A DNA stretch of 64,000 nucleotides from Candidatus Heimdallarchaeum endolithica. GTDB lineage: Archaea; Asgardarchaeota; Heimdallarchaeia; Heimdallarchaeales; Heimdallarchaeaceae. The translations under genes were made by a program, and so were the position numbers. The stretch is from the NCBI GenBank assembly GCA_021513715.1, contig CP084167.1:544001-608000 (forward strand). The letters are read 5' to 3'. Of this stretch, positions 46,785 to 55,763 are shown one piece after another; the stretch's first letter is position 1, and each line of letters opens with the position of its first letter. The notes under the pieces were generated by a model. It worked only from the letters and a program-made list of their open reading frames with translations. It had not been told where the DNA came from and searched no databases.

Positions 46785-47903
46785 ATGGTGTCGAGTGAGT
46801 TAGAATTGTATGTTAAAATTGCACAAATAACTCTTATCTCTTTCATTTTAGCATACTTTATCTATAGAAGAATAAAAGATAAGATTACTGGTTTCAACTG
46901 GTTTATTTTCCTATTTATTTCTGCTTTAACACAAGGTATAGTTGAGATGATATTATATGGATTAACAAAAAATGGAATTATTTCAGAAAATTCTACATTA
47001 CAAGAAGTACATATTATTCCCTATGCTGTTGGATTATTTATCTTGTTTCTTTATTGTGAACTGATAATGAGAGAGAGACCAAATGAGATATTATTGAGTT
47101 TTATGACTTTACTACTTGGAGCATATTTAGCAACCTTTTCTCTCGAGTTAGTTTTTAACTTGAATCCTGATATCCTTCCTAAATATCGATTAAATCGATT
47201 AATTTTCAATATTTTCCAATTTTTTGTTTTATTGGAAGCTACTCTTATGTTTGCAATAGATGCTAAGAGAGTAGAATATAAGAAACTAAGAAGGATTTCA
47301 CTTGTTCTAGCTATTGCAATTGGGACATCAGCAATTTTTGCTTTCTTTAAAATATTGGAATATTGGGTTATACCCTTTTCTTTCTATGGAGCTATACCTT
47401 ATGGTATTTTGTTTGGTGTTTTAGCTCTAGAATTTATAGCCAACCCTTTCTTTGTATATTTATTACCTTCAAGAATAAACAAAGTAGTAGTTATTGATGA
47501 ATCAGGAGTTCTTTTATTTGCAGTAAGAGTAGGAAAAGAAGAGCCAAATATCGTTGAAGATACTCTTCTTTCAGGAACACTATCAGCAATGAAGTCAGTA
47601 ATTAAAGAAACAACAGGAACACAAACAGAACTCCAAAAAATAGAGTTCAGAGATAAATACATGATAGTTGCAGAAAATGAAGAAAAAACAATTTCTACAA
47701 TTATTATATGTGATAGAGATTCATTTATGTTACAAACAGCAGCCAAACAATTCATCAATGCTTTTACTAAAGAATTTAAGGAACATCTAGAGAAGTTTGA
47801 CGGGTCTATTGGCAAATTTAGAACTGCAACACATTTAGTAAGAAGAATCTTCCCTTTTGTTCCACCCAAAGAGATTGTAGAAGTAGAAGAAAAGGGAAAA
47901 TAA
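46785..47903 (+). CDS. 7-TM membrane protein with C-terminal longin-like domain
   Basis: Seven hydrophobic segments, then RINKVVVIDESGVLLF...LLSGTLSAMKSVIKETTG...F..EF...IFPF. Confidence 0.75.
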   Translation: MVSSELELYVKIAQITLISFILAYFIYRRIKDKITGFNWFIFLFISALTQGIVEMILYGLTKNGIISENSTLQEVHIIPYAVGLFILFLYCELIMRERPNEILLSFMTLLLGAYLATFSLELVFNLNPDILPKYRLNRLIFNIFQFFVLLEATLMFAIDAKRVEYKKLRRISLVLAIAIGTSAIFAFFKILEYWVIPFSFYGAIPYGILFGVLALEFIANPFFVYLLPSRINKVVVIDESGVLLFAVRVGKEEPNIVEDTLLSGTLSAMKSVIKETTGTQTELQKIEFRDKYMIVAENEEKTISTIIICDRDSFMLQTAAKQFINAFTKEFKEHLEKFDGSIGKFRTATHLVRRIFPFVPPKEIVEVEEKGK

Positions 47904-48125
47904 AGTTAAAGATCAATATTTTTTTCTTTTTTAATTGACATTATTTTTTATTCTTTTATCAACTCTTAGAACTTTAATTTAAACCAAATTTAATTATTTT
48001 TAGAGAAAATCTACAGAAGAACATAAAAGCGAATTAAAAAAAAGAGCAGATCAAATTAACAAAAAGAGATAATAGTTCACTAGAAGTATCAAAGTTTTTA
48101 AATAACTTAGTTACTTTTTTCAATT

Positions 48126-49232
48126 ATGGATTTGAATTTTATTGTTTCACTAACTATTAGTATTTTCATGTTTATACTAGGAATTATTTTCATTGTGCAA
48201 TCAGTAATAAAGAAAAGAACAGCTTATGTCTTTACAGCATCCATGTTCATAGGAATGATTGCTTCTTTAATAGAAGTTTTTAGAACAAGTATGTTACCTA
48301 ACTTAGATTTTAATTCAAGTGTCTTACTTGTGACTCATTTGTCTTTCTGGTGCTTAATGTATCTCCTTTCATTAATATTCTTCATTCAGTTGGAGAGAGA
48401 AAAGATTCTATCCTATGTTCTTCTAATAGTTATTATCATCTATGTTTTACACATTACATTTGGAATTTTCTGGATTTACTCTGATTCTTTTCCAGATCAA
48501 GCACAGAAAATAATAAACAGGTTTTGGGACTTAACCTATGCTCTCATGGGAATATTGACTTTTACTTACGGTGCTTATATCCATTTTAAAACTGGAATAA
48601 AGGCACATGAAAAAGAAGGTTATTTACTAGGTAGCGCACTTATCTTGATTAGCATTGGTTTTTTACTTGGTTTCATTAAAGACTTAGGTATAAATGTTGA
48701 CATTCAAAACATTCCTGTAGGCGAAGTGTTAAAATTAATAGGTATTTTTACTTTTATTATCTTCTATATTGTAAAACCAGATTACATCTTCAGATTACCT
48801 TTCCAAATTACCTCTGTTCTTGTATTTAATAGACTTGGGATGTTAATTTATTCTGCACAATATTTTACAGAAGAGAGTAAAGAAAAATTAGATCCTGATG
48901 ACACTTCAATGGATCTTATTACTGCAGCAGTAAACGCTTTCTCAACCTTTATGAAAGAAACAACAGGAAGTGAAGAACCCCTAAAAAGAGTGAAAACAGG
49001 AGATAAACTTTTACTTGTAGAACAAGGAGAAAAATGCTCTATAGCTATAATTTCTACTTCTTCTAGTTATTTCATGGTACAAAGTATGAGAAAAGTAATC
49101 AAAGAACTAGAAAAGAAATATGCAAAAGAACTAGAACTCGATTACACAGACTCTACATTCTTTAACGAAGTACCAAAACTCATTTCTTACTCATTTCCAT
49201 TTTTAGGAATACCAAAAAAAGAATTGTATTAA
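48126..49232 (+). CDS. 7-TM membrane protein with C-terminal longin-like domain
   Basis: Seven hydrophobic segments, then QITSVLVFNRLGMLIY...LITAAVNAFSTFMKETTG...SFPF. Confidence 0.75.
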   Translation: MDLNFIVSLTISIFMFILGIIFIVQSVIKKRTAYVFTASMFIGMIASLIEVFRTSMLPNLDFNSSVLLVTHLSFWCLMYLLSLIFFIQLEREKILSYVLLIVIIIYVLHITFGIFWIYSDSFPDQAQKIINRFWDLTYALMGILTFTYGAYIHFKTGIKAHEKEGYLLGSALILISIGFLLGFIKDLGINVDIQNIPVGEVLKLIGIFTFIIFYIVKPDYIFRLPFQITSVLVFNRLGMLIYSAQYFTEESKEKLDPDDTSMDLITAAVNAFSTFMKETTGSEEPLKRVKTGDKLLLVEQGEKCSIAIISTSSSYFMVQSMRKVIKELEKKYAKELELDYTDSTFFNEVPKLISYSFPFLGIPKKELY

Positions 49233-49246
49233 AAAATCTTTTTTTT

Positions 49247-50368
49247 CTATTCTTCTTCTTTTTCAAAAGGAAAGACATAATTTAGTTTAAGATCATCGCG
49301 TAAAAAGATTAAGTCTCTAGCAATACTATCATTAATAGGCACACCATTCTCTCTTACTCTCTTTTCAGCTTCGTATTCTTTCTCTCCAGCAGTATAAATT
49401 CTTGATTCACCAGGAGCTTTTTTAGAGTTCCTGAGCTCTCTACATATTGAACCAGAAATCTTTTTGAAAATATTTACATCAATAAAATGTTCTACGTTTA
49501 TCGCTATAAAGAAATGACCAATCATAAAGTGTCTAAAAGAACCATCTTCGTTCAACCCACTTAAATCCTTTAGGAATTTTCCATTCTGTAAAGCTGAAGA
49601 CAATATTTCTACAACAGTAGAATAACCATACCCTTTATGTCCTGATAATTCTTCTCCCTTTCCTCCAAGAGGTAAAAGTGCAGCCTTTCCTTCCACAAAA
49701 TCAGAGATGAGCTGCTCAGCATCAGTTCTATACTCTCCAGTTTCAGTGTCTATTACACAACCTAAAGGAAGATCTTTATTTTCTCTAGCATAAACTTCAA
49801 CTTTTCCTCTTTGAATAATAGATGTAGCACAATCCAAAACAAAAGGAAAAGCTTCATCAGTAGGTATACCAAAAGTCAAAGGATTAGTGCCTAACATAGG
49901 CTCAACACCAAAAGTAGGTGCAATAGCAGGACGAGCATTTGTACCAGTAATCCCTATACAGTTCTCTTTTACAGCCATAAGAGCATAATATCCAGCAATA
50001 CCATAGTGGGTTCCATTCCTAACGACAACCATACCAATACCAAACTTTTTAGCTTTAGAAATAGCAAGCTCCATTGCCTTAAAAGCTGTATAATGACCAT
50101 TCCCATGATGTCCATCAATAACAGCAACAGCATCTTTATCCTTTACAACCTCAAATTTGCTAATAAGATGTTGCTTTCTCATAATCCTATAATAATAATA
50201 CTTCAGACGCTGTACTCCATGACTTGTTATCCCACGAAGATCAGACTCAATTAAAACAGCAGCACTAATTTTAGCTTCCTCAACAGGATAACCTAAAGAA
50301 ACAAAAACATCTCTAATAAAGTCATTTAATAATTCAACTGAAACAAATTTCTGATATGTATTACTCAT
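49247..50368 (-). CDS. Ldh_2-family (malate/L-lactate/ureidoglycolate-type) dehydrogenase
   Basis: DLRGITSHG, THYGIAGYY, LGTNP, LDCATS, LLPLGG, HKGYG and YTAGEKE motifs. Confidence 0.9.
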   Translation of the reverse strand: MSNTYQKFVSVELLNDFIRDVFVSLGYPVEEAKISAAVLIESDLRGITSHGVQRLKYYYYRIMRKQHLISKFEVVKDKDAVAVIDGHHGNGHYTAFKAMELAISKAKKFGIGMVVVRNGTHYGIAGYYALMAVKENCIGITGTNARPAIAPTFGVEPMLGTNPLTFGIPTDEAFPFVLDCATSIIQRGKVEVYARENKDLPLGCVIDTETGEYRTDAEQLISDFVEGKAALLPLGGKGEELSGHKGYGYSTVVEILSSALQNGKFLKDLSGLNEDGSFRHFMIGHFFIAINVEHFIDVNIFKKISGSICRELRNSKKAPGESRIYTAGEKEYEAEKRVRENGVPINDSIARDLIFLRDDLKLNYVFPFEKEEE

Positions 50369-50802
50369 CTTATGGGTATTGAAAAAAAGAAGAATATAAA
50401 TATTAACCTAAAGATAAATTATAATTTTGAAACATTATAAAAACAAGAAATTAAAAAGCTATAACTCTAAGAATAAGTAAAATATAATTTTCAAAAAATA
50501 TCGAATATGAAACAATTAATATTAAATCTAAAACAATTAAACATAGTTTTACCATTTTTCGCTAATTTTCGCTATTTTTTGCAACTAAGAGACAAAATGA
50601 TTAAAAGCATAATTCAAAAAACGAATAATGTCAGTATCTTAAGGTCTAAAACTATTTTTCACATTATTCGCTAATTCTTCAAAAAGCTATTCAAAAAATT
50701 AGAAAACCAATTTAAAATTCTATTCTTATTTTTAAAAAATTTAAAACTACTATTCCTTTTATATATTTTTTATTCTAGTTTGATTTTTTTCTGATAAATA
50801 GA

Positions 50803-51366
50803 CTATCCCTTTTTCATTTCTAATTGGTTTACCAACCATGTAAACGCTTCATTTACTCCAGTTCCGTTTATTGCGCTACAATCAAAAACTGCAAAAGTTC
50901 TATCTTTCATTTCTAAATGAAGTCCTAAAAGTTGAATTAACATTGGTGCTTGAATGGATTCTGGTAAATCTTGTTTATTTGCTATTATTAGGCAAGGTAT
51001 TTTTTCTAGGTACGGGTTGTTAAACACATGTATTTTTAATATGTCTCTTGCTTCTGGCAATCGTTCTATATCTGCTGAATCTATTACAAAGATTACTGCT
51101 GAACTCCCTGGGTAGTGTACCTCCCATAGAAAACGGAATTGTTTTTGTCCTGCTACATCTACTATTGTTATATTCCAATCTGCAAAATTAACTGTATCTA
51201 TATTTTGCCCTATTGTTGGTACAGTATCTTTGAACACACCTGTGTTCACATATTTCATTAATGTTGTTTTTCCCGCTGAATCTAAGCCTAAAACGATGAT
51301 TTTAGCCTTTTTTTCTGATTTAAGTTTTTTCCTTAACCAATAAGAAAACGATAGTTTTGAGCTCAT
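50803..51366 (-). CDS. Arf/Arl-family small GTPase
   Basis: LGLDSAGKTT, PTIG, DVAGQKQFRFLW, VIFVIDSAD, ANKQD and CSAINGTGV.EAF.WL; N-terminal basic/aromatic helix. Confidence 0.93.
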   Translation of the reverse strand: MSSKLSFSYWLRKKLKSEKKAKIIVLGLDSAGKTTLMKYVNTGVFKDTVPTIGQNIDTVNFADWNITIVDVAGQKQFRFLWEVHYPGSSAVIFVIDSADIERLPEARDILKIHVFNNPYLEKIPCLIIANKQDLPESIQAPMLIQLLGLHLEMKDRTFAVFDCSAINGTGVNEAFTWLVNQLEMKKG

Positions 51367-51460
51367 TGTATATTATTTCTTAATTCTAATTACTCCTTAA
51401 TAAAAATTGTCTAAGTTCGTAAACAATAATAATTAAAAAAAATGAAAAATTAAAGAAGAA

Positions 51461-53653
51461 TTATTGATGCTTTTTTACTAGTTTTATTAATTCTGGAAAA
51501 TCAATTTCCAATTCTTTTAATTTTTCCACTGTAGGAACACCGTTTTCTGTCCATCCTCTTCTTTCATATACTGCTTTTTTCAGTTGTTCATATCTTTCTT
51601 CTCTGTACTTTCTTATTGCAGCCATCTTTTCTTCTATTGTCATGTTTGTTGGGTCTACTCCCACTTTTTCTTTCAGTTCTTTAAGATAATACTTATCTTC
51701 TCTAGATAGATATTCTTCTTTTGTTACTGGTCCCATAGCTCTAAAGGGTATACTATCTAGTTCTTTGTATGTTACACCCTCTGGAACGAATAATAGGTTC
51801 ATCACTCTTTGGAAATTGTACATTCTTTCACTCATTTTTATGTATTCTCTAGAATCAATGTTTTTTCCTGTTACACTATTGAAGTATTGAACATAGTTTA
51901 GCACATGTTCTGGAACTTTTGCGGGATCAGCTATATCTTCAGGAGCTCTCATTCCATATTTTTCTATTTTTCCTTCAGCGAATTCTTTGTTATCTTCTGG
52001 AACAATATCATTCCAAGGCAATTTGCAAAGACCTAGTAATCCAAAGGAAGTTCTCCACATTGGGAACCACCATAGAGCTTCAGCTTTTTTTTCGAAAGTG
52101 GGCATGAAATTATGAACCATATCTAAAAAGATTAACCATGCTTCATCATGTTGTGGTCCTTTTAATGTTAATCCGTATCCTCCTTGCTGAGCAAGTGACT
52201 CTTTAGTCATGTATTCACTAAATTCTAAACCTTTTGATTCCATTCCTATATCATCTAGAAGTTTAGCTTCTTCTTCGCTTAAGTTGAATTCTTTCTTGAA
52301 GTATTCTTTCATGTATCGTATTCCCTTTCCAAATATCTTACCGAATCCTTCACCTTTTGCTATTTGATGAATTACTTCCATTGCTCCTTCGAAATTACCC
52401 CAAGTAAGATCTATTCCTCCTGTTCTTTCCTTGTTTAATATTCCATATTCATAGCATTCCATACAGAAAGCCATACCTGTTCCAACGCTAATAGTATCTA
52501 AACCGTAGTTATCACAGTAAAAGTTTACTTCTATAACATTATCTGGATCCCACATATACCAATTTGAACCTACTCCTGCAGCCGTCTCATATTCTGGGCC
52601 ATCAACTGTTACTTTTTGACCTTTATATGGTCCAGTCTTGCACTCAAAGCTGCTAACACCATGTGTACAACCCACAGTACATCCTTTCCAACATGGGTCT
52701 GGACCTTTTTCAAACCTCTTGTAATAAGCTTCTTTACCTATTTTCTCTGATTGTGGGTCTGAACCAAATCTGAAGTTCTTTGTTGGCAAAAGGTCAAAAT
52801 CATTCATTATTGGAATTAAGTGTATAGTTCCAATATTTCTCATGTCATTTTGTTTAGGATCGAGTTCAGTAATTTCCTTACTGTGTCTTTTTGCTACTTC
52901 TTTTTCTGCCTCAGGGTTCGCAGGATTGTTAGATTTGACATTAACATTACTTTTTCTTACAACTAAAGCTTTTATTTTCTTATTTCTTAATACTGTCCCT
53001 GTTCCTCCTCTTCCAGCTTGCTTATAACGTACATATCCTCTTTTACCGTCAAACCAGCTGAAATTCAAGCAACCCATGTAAGCATTTTCAGCTCCTGGCC
53101 CAGCAGAAACGACAGAAATATTTCTTTTATCGTTTTCATCTTTAGCATATTTCTCAGTAAGCAATCTTCCTAACTGAAAAGTTTCTGAAGGTAAATCCTC
53201 TGCTTCTTCAATAAGTATTTTGCCATTATCTCCATCAATAAAGATGAGTAACTCTTTATCTGACTTACCTTGAATAGCCATTGCATCAAAACCTGCAAAT
53301 TTGAGAAAAGGACCAAAATATCCTCCAACGTTTGAATCAATTAAAATATTAGTTAATGGAGAGATAGCTGTTACAATGCTTTTACCTGAACCAGGGTAGT
53401 TAGTTGTTCCACCTAATGGTCCAGAAGCTATACAAAGAACATTTTCTGGGTCATCCCATTTTACTTTTTTGTCTTTAGGAATATATTTCCAAGTCAGCCA
53501 AAGATCAAATCCTCTTCCACCAATGAATTTTTCTTTCATCTCCTCTGTAACATCTTCTATTTTTGCTTCCAAAGTTTCTAAATTAATATACAATGTTTTG
53601 TTAGCGTATCCTTTTTCAATTACTGGAACTTCATAATTTATCTCTTTAATCAT
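51461..53653 (-). CDS. aor: Tungsten-containing aldehyde:ferredoxin oxidoreductase family protein
   Basis: FIGGRG, SPLT, SNVGGYFG, AGRGG.G, CxxCxxxC, DGPEYET, CDNYGLDTIS, GLCK and RGW..NGVP motifs. Confidence 0.92.
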   Translation of the reverse strand: MIKEINYEVPVIEKGYANKTLYINLETLEAKIEDVTEEMKEKFIGGRGFDLWLTWKYIPKDKKVKWDDPENVLCIASGPLGGTTNYPGSGKSIVTAISPLTNILIDSNVGGYFGPFLKFAGFDAMAIQGKSDKELLIFIDGDNGKILIEEAEDLPSETFQLGRLLTEKYAKDENDKRNISVVSAGPGAENAYMGCLNFSWFDGKRGYVRYKQAGRGGTGTVLRNKKIKALVVRKSNVNVKSNNPANPEAEKEVAKRHSKEITELDPKQNDMRNIGTIHLIPIMNDFDLLPTKNFRFGSDPQSEKIGKEAYYKRFEKGPDPCWKGCTVGCTHGVSSFECKTGPYKGQKVTVDGPEYETAAGVGSNWYMWDPDNVIEVNFYCDNYGLDTISVGTGMAFCMECYEYGILNKERTGGIDLTWGNFEGAMEVIHQIAKGEGFGKIFGKGIRYMKEYFKKEFNLSEEEAKLLDDIGMESKGLEFSEYMTKESLAQQGGYGLTLKGPQHDEAWLIFLDMVHNFMPTFEKKAEALWWFPMWRTSFGLLGLCKLPWNDIVPEDNKEFAEGKIEKYGMRAPEDIADPAKVPEHVLNYVQYFNSVTGKNIDSREYIKMSERMYNFQRVMNLLFVPEGVTYKELDSIPFRAMGPVTKEEYLSREDKYYLKELKEKVGVDPTNMTIEEKMAAIRKYREERYEQLKKAVYERRGWTENGVPTVEKLKELEIDFPELIKLVKKHQ

Positions 53654-54140
53654 AATAATACACCCGAGAATATCGTTATAAATACGAAAAAAATCAACTA
53701 TATAATTTTAACTCTATCTCGTCAACTATTAAAGAAAAACTTACTTTTTATATCTTCTAAAATAAAAAAAGGTTATTTACAAAGAATCATCATTTCTAAA
53801 TTTTTTAGCATTTTTAGGTTCATATCCAACTTCAAATGATTGAATCTCAAGAGTATATCCATCAGGGTCTTTGAAGAAAATGTTGTAAATGTGATATTTT
53901 TCGTACATACTAGGCTCTTTAGTTAGATTGACTCCCTTCTTTTTAAGGAATTCTGCCCAAAGATTAACTTCATTTGATGGTTTACTTTTTCCGAAATACG
54001 AGATTATAGGAAAAGGGGAAAAAAGAAGAGAAGAAATGAAAGAAAAAGAAGAAGGAAGGAGAGAAGAGAAAAACGGAGGACAGAGGAGGGAAGATGAGGG
54101 GTTTAAATAGGGAAAAAAAGTAAGAAGAAATGAAAAAAAA

Positions 54141-55385
54141 ATGAGTAGAAAAGTGTGGCGAACTGAGGAAATATGGGTGAAAGAATCGATCACTCTAAAA
54201 CAGTTGGCACACCAGGTAAAAAACTTGTATAATCAAGCAAATTACATTATTAAGTATCAGTTAAGAAAAAGTAAATATTTCACGAGAGAGTTCGAACTGA
54301 TGAATATTTTGAGATACCATCCGACTTACACAGCTTTACCGGGTCATACGGCACAACAGACGATAAAGTTTCTATGTTTAGCGTGGAAAGGGTATTTTAG
54401 GTCTTTAGAAGAATGGAAAAAGGAACCAGAAAAGTTTAACGGTAAACCCCGTCCTCCAAAATATAAGAAGAAAGATGGACTTGCTATAATCTATTTTACT
54501 AACTCTCAAGTGAAAATTAAAGAAGAAAAAGGTGAAGGTAAGTTCTTTATCTCTTTTCCTAAACGTGTAGGACTAAAGATAGTTACAAGACTTGACCCTT
54601 CAACAAAAGTGAAGTTTGCCCGGCTCATACCTATGGGAACGAAATTTAAATTAGAGATAGTTTACGAGAAAGAGATAGAAGAACGAAAAGAAGAGCGACC
54701 AGCAGAAAGAGTTTTAGCTCTTGATCTGGGAGTGAATAACTTAGTCGCAGGTTTAACCAGTATTCCTGGTGAAAAAGGTTTTCTGATAAATGGTAGACCC
54801 ATTAAAGCTGTTAATCAGTGGTTTAACAAACGTAGAGCAAAGTTACAGTCAGACTACGCTCGACAAGGATTAAACACCTGGGAAAGAAAAATGCTCGCCC
54901 TCCAGTTAGAACGAATGTTTAAAATAGCTGACTACTTCCATAAAGCAAGTAGAAAAATAGTAGACTACTGTTTAGAAAAAAACATTGATACAATAGTTAT
55001 AGGTTACAACTCCCGATGGAAACAGGAAGTGAATATGGGAAAGAAAAATAATCAAACTTTTGTTTTTATCCCCTTCCAATCCCTCATTGACAAAATCACT
55101 TACAAAGCAGAAGAAAAAGGAATAAAAGTTCTTCCTACCGAAGAGTCCTACACCTCTGTCTGCAGTTTCTTGGATAATGAAGAGATAGATTTTCACCTCC
55201 ATTATGTTGGCAAAAGAACTCACCGTGGACTGTTCATCAGTTCCCAAGGATTAAGAATTAATGCTGATATCAACTCTGCAGGTAATATCGGTCGCAAAGT
55301 ATTCCCTACGTTATTCTCCGTCGAGTCTAACTACGGGATAGTCTGGGGTGCAGTGGTTCACCCCGTCTGTTGGAAAATAAGTTAG
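54141..55385 (+). CDS. tnpB: RNA-guided endonuclease TnpB (IS200/IS605/IS607-type)
   Basis: KNLYNQANY, AQQTIK, PRPPKY, RuvC-I ALDLGVNN, DYFHKASR, RuvC-II EESYTS and RuvC-III INADINSAGNI; the catalytic D-E-D triad is intact. Confidence 0.95.
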   Translation: MSRKVWRTEEIWVKESITLKQLAHQVKNLYNQANYIIKYQLRKSKYFTREFELMNILRYHPTYTALPGHTAQQTIKFLCLAWKGYFRSLEEWKKEPEKFNGKPRPPKYKKKDGLAIIYFTNSQVKIKEEKGEGKFFISFPKRVGLKIVTRLDPSTKVKFARLIPMGTKFKLEIVYEKEIEERKEERPAERVLALDLGVNNLVAGLTSIPGEKGFLINGRPIKAVNQWFNKRRAKLQSDYARQGLNTWERKMLALQLERMFKIADYFHKASRKIVDYCLEKNIDTIVIGYNSRWKQEVNMGKKNNQTFVFIPFQSLIDKITYKAEEKGIKVLPTEESYTSVCSFLDNEEIDFHLHYVGKRTHRGLFISSQGLRINADINSAGNIGRKVFPTLFSVESNYGIVWGAVVHPVCWKIS

Positions 55386-55447
55386 TTAAGTTAGTTCAGC
55401 TCTTACGCTGTTCTTTCTTTTTTTCCACCGACTAAACTTACTCCTCC

Positions 55448-55472
55448 TTCCGATTTTGATTAAAAATCGGAA
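55448..55472. repeat. Subterminal 10-bp perfect hairpin at the element right end
   Basis: ttccgatttt-gatta-aaaatcggaa. Confidence 0.8.
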
Positions 55473-55763
55473 TTTGGAAAAAGGTAAACCATGTTTCAAC
55501 AACTAAAGTTAAGCATGTTTTCTCTGGAGTTAAGAACTCTTCACTTGTTTCACAAAATCCCCAGTAACCATTTGGACCTACATTGTAAATCACACAGTTT
55601 GCTTGTTTTAGAGCTATATTGAATTTTAACAATGTTGAATAAAAATTTCTATTTTCTTCCAAATTTTTTGTTTTTAAAAAGGTTATTGGATAAATAATTT
55701 TAGGAAGCATAAACTAGTTTACATATTCTTCTCTTAAAAATTTCTTTATAGAAAGTGCTCTTT

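Larger units (their letters stand above)
53979..55490 (+). mobile_element. Non-autonomous tnpB-only insertion element (1512 bp) with imperfect terminal inverted repeats
   Basis: Boundaries are fixed by the interrupted gene. Left end is GGTTTACTTTTTCC and right end is GGAAAAAGGTAAACC; AT flanks both sides; no tnpA is present. Confidence 0.88.
53777..55710 (-). pseudogene. Glyoxalase/VOC-family gene split by the tnpB element (5' part 55492-55710, 3' part 53777-53977)
   Basis: The 5' part reads NLEENRNFYSTLLKF...TLVVET and the 3' part SNEVNLWAEFLKKKGV...FFKDPDGYTLEIQ. Precise excision restores a 139-aa in-frame ORF. Confidence 0.88.

Noticed and set aside
46785-49232. 7TM proteins as rhodopsins or true GPCR homologues (NPFFVY resembles NPxxY)
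   Set aside because: There is no conserved retinal-binding Lys motif across paralogues, the spacing differs from NPxxY, and the Tyr is not conserved in the other three.
50369-50802. Replication origin
   Set aside because: No ORB-like G-string repeats and no adjacent orc1/cdc6 gene are seen.
53928-54193. ORF 53928-54110 (+) and the F/S/L-rich N-terminus of ORF 53777-54193 (-)
   Set aside because: Both are artefacts of reading through the polypurine left end of the insertion; only 53777-53977 is real coding sequence.
53979-55490. IS607-type insertion or self-splicing IStron
   Set aside because: The reconstructed empty site has no GG core, no serine recombinase is present, there is no room for a group I intron, and tnpB is antisense to the host gene.
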